DNA of 64,000 bases from Glaucostegus cemiculus. Lineage: Eukaryota. This document shows positions 62,855 to 64,000 of the stretch, piece after piece (position 1 is the stretch's first letter; every line of letters begins with the position of its first letter). A program made the position numbers and the translations under genes. The stretch spans positions 30,504,001 through 30,568,000 of the forward strand of contig CDPCPM010000014.1 of NCBI GenBank assembly GCA_976551045.1. Direction: 5' to 3'. The notes under the pieces were generated by a model. The model saw nothing but the letters and a program-made list of their open reading frames with translations. It made no database searches and was not told the DNA's origin.

Positions 62855-64000
62855 AGTGAAACATTGTGACATTGACCGCCCCGACTTCTCCTGTCCCCTC
62901 ATGCATTCTGACCTCATACCCGCTAAACTTGCAGCACTCCGCACACTTCAGAACAATCCTGACCTTGTCATCAAACCAATATTGTCTGCTGTGGAGGCCA
63001 GATGTCAGCTTTCTGACACTTCCTCATACCTCCCTCTGTACCATGACACCATTAACGAACACCAGGCCAGCATCTCCTGGACCGCTACAGGTCTCATCAC
63101 ACCAGGAGATCTCCCTTCCACAGCCTCCCTCCTCAGTGCCACAATCCTGCACTGCCTGCTTCTATCTCTTACTGAAGATCTGTAAACAGGACTGCTCTGG
63201 TAGGGCCATTGTTTCCGACTGCTCTTGCCCGCTGAACTCATTTCTTCATATTTGGACTCTATCCCATCTCCCTTTGTTCATTTTCTTCCCACTTACATCT
63301 GGGACACCCCTCATGTCATCCATCATTTCAATGACTTCCAAATCCTGGGTCTCTACTGGCTCATCTTCAGTATGGACATCCAGTTGCTATACACCCCCAA
63401 CCTCCATCAGAAAGGTGTCAGTGCCCTCCATTTCTTCCTTGAAGAAAGAGCCAACCAGTTCCCCTCCACTAGTACTCTCATCTACTTGGAGAATTTATCT
63501 TTGCTCTCAACAGGTTCTCTTCTGATTCCTCCCACTTTTTGCAGATCAAAGGGGTAGCCATGGTCACTCACATGGGCCCTAGCTATGCCTGTCTTTTTGT
63601 TAGCCACATTGAACCGTTCTTGTTCCAAGTCTATTCCAGCACAAAGCCCTCCCCACCTCCACACTCTTTTTCTGCTGTATTGATGATCGCAACTGTGTTG
63701 CTTCCTGCACTCATGCAGAACCCGTCAACTTTATCACCTTTGCCACCAGTTTCCAACCTGCCCTCAGATTCGCTGGGACCATCTCTGACACTTCTCTTCC
63801 TTTTCTGGATCTCTCTGTCTCCATCTCAAGAGACATACTTGCTTCTGACATCTTCTCTAAACACACTGACTCCCTCAGCTCCCTCAACTCTACCTCCTCC
63901 CACCCTACCTCCTGTAAGGATGCTATCCCTTTTCTCAATATCTCTGTCACCACTGCATTTGTTATCAAGATGAGGCCTTCTGCTCTAGAGCTTCTGAAAT
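62855..64000 (+). mobile_element. Penelope-like element RT region, frameshifted, running off the window end
   Basis: LAALRTLQNNPDLVIKP, LSDTSSYLPL, ACFYLLLKICKQDCSGRAIVS, LIFSMDIQLLYT, QIKGVAMVTHMGPSYACLFV, plus tattgatgat (..IDD) and PFLDLSVSIS; all Penelope RT-type motifs. Confidence 0.92.

Noticed and set aside
62866-63973. Longest ORFs (219 aa and 144 aa) as host genes
   Set aside because: They are frameshifted pieces of a Penelope reverse transcriptase.
1-64000. Prokaryotic operon, CRISPR array or defence system
   Set aside because: No gene-dense ORFs and no regularly spaced repeat-spacer array; the sequence is CpG-depleted vertebrate DNA full of SINEs and LINEs.

Overview
This is AT-rich, CpG-depleted vertebrate DNA, not prokaryotic DNA. 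The repeat complement (V-domain/HE1-type tRNA SINEs, Deu-domain SINEs, CR1, L2, Rex1/Babar, Tx1, Penelope-like elements, Harbinger relics) points to a cartilaginous fish (shark or ray); this is an inference from motif recognition. I found no intact host gene, RNA gene or CRISPR array. ORF-track entries are either decayed retroelement/transposon frames or chance ORFs, and the window reads as intergenic or deep-intronic. Most worth follow-up: (1) Penelope terminal-repeat units with degenerate hammerhead-ribozyme cores, some as short palindromic, TSD-flanked insertions; (2) two long inverted repeats of non-TE-looking sequence, about 95% identical between arms (28933/30442 and 35447/35861); (3) a 19-nt insertion in a Rex1 RT copied from a Penelope copy 1.1 kb away; (4) a ~190-bp local duplication with a splice-acceptor-like start and a Cys-rich, loosely beta-defensin-like frame; (5) a young V-SINE family with a Rex1-like tail. 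Family assignments were made by eye without database searches, and boundaries of old repeats are approximate. I cannot claim a new biological system from sequence alone.
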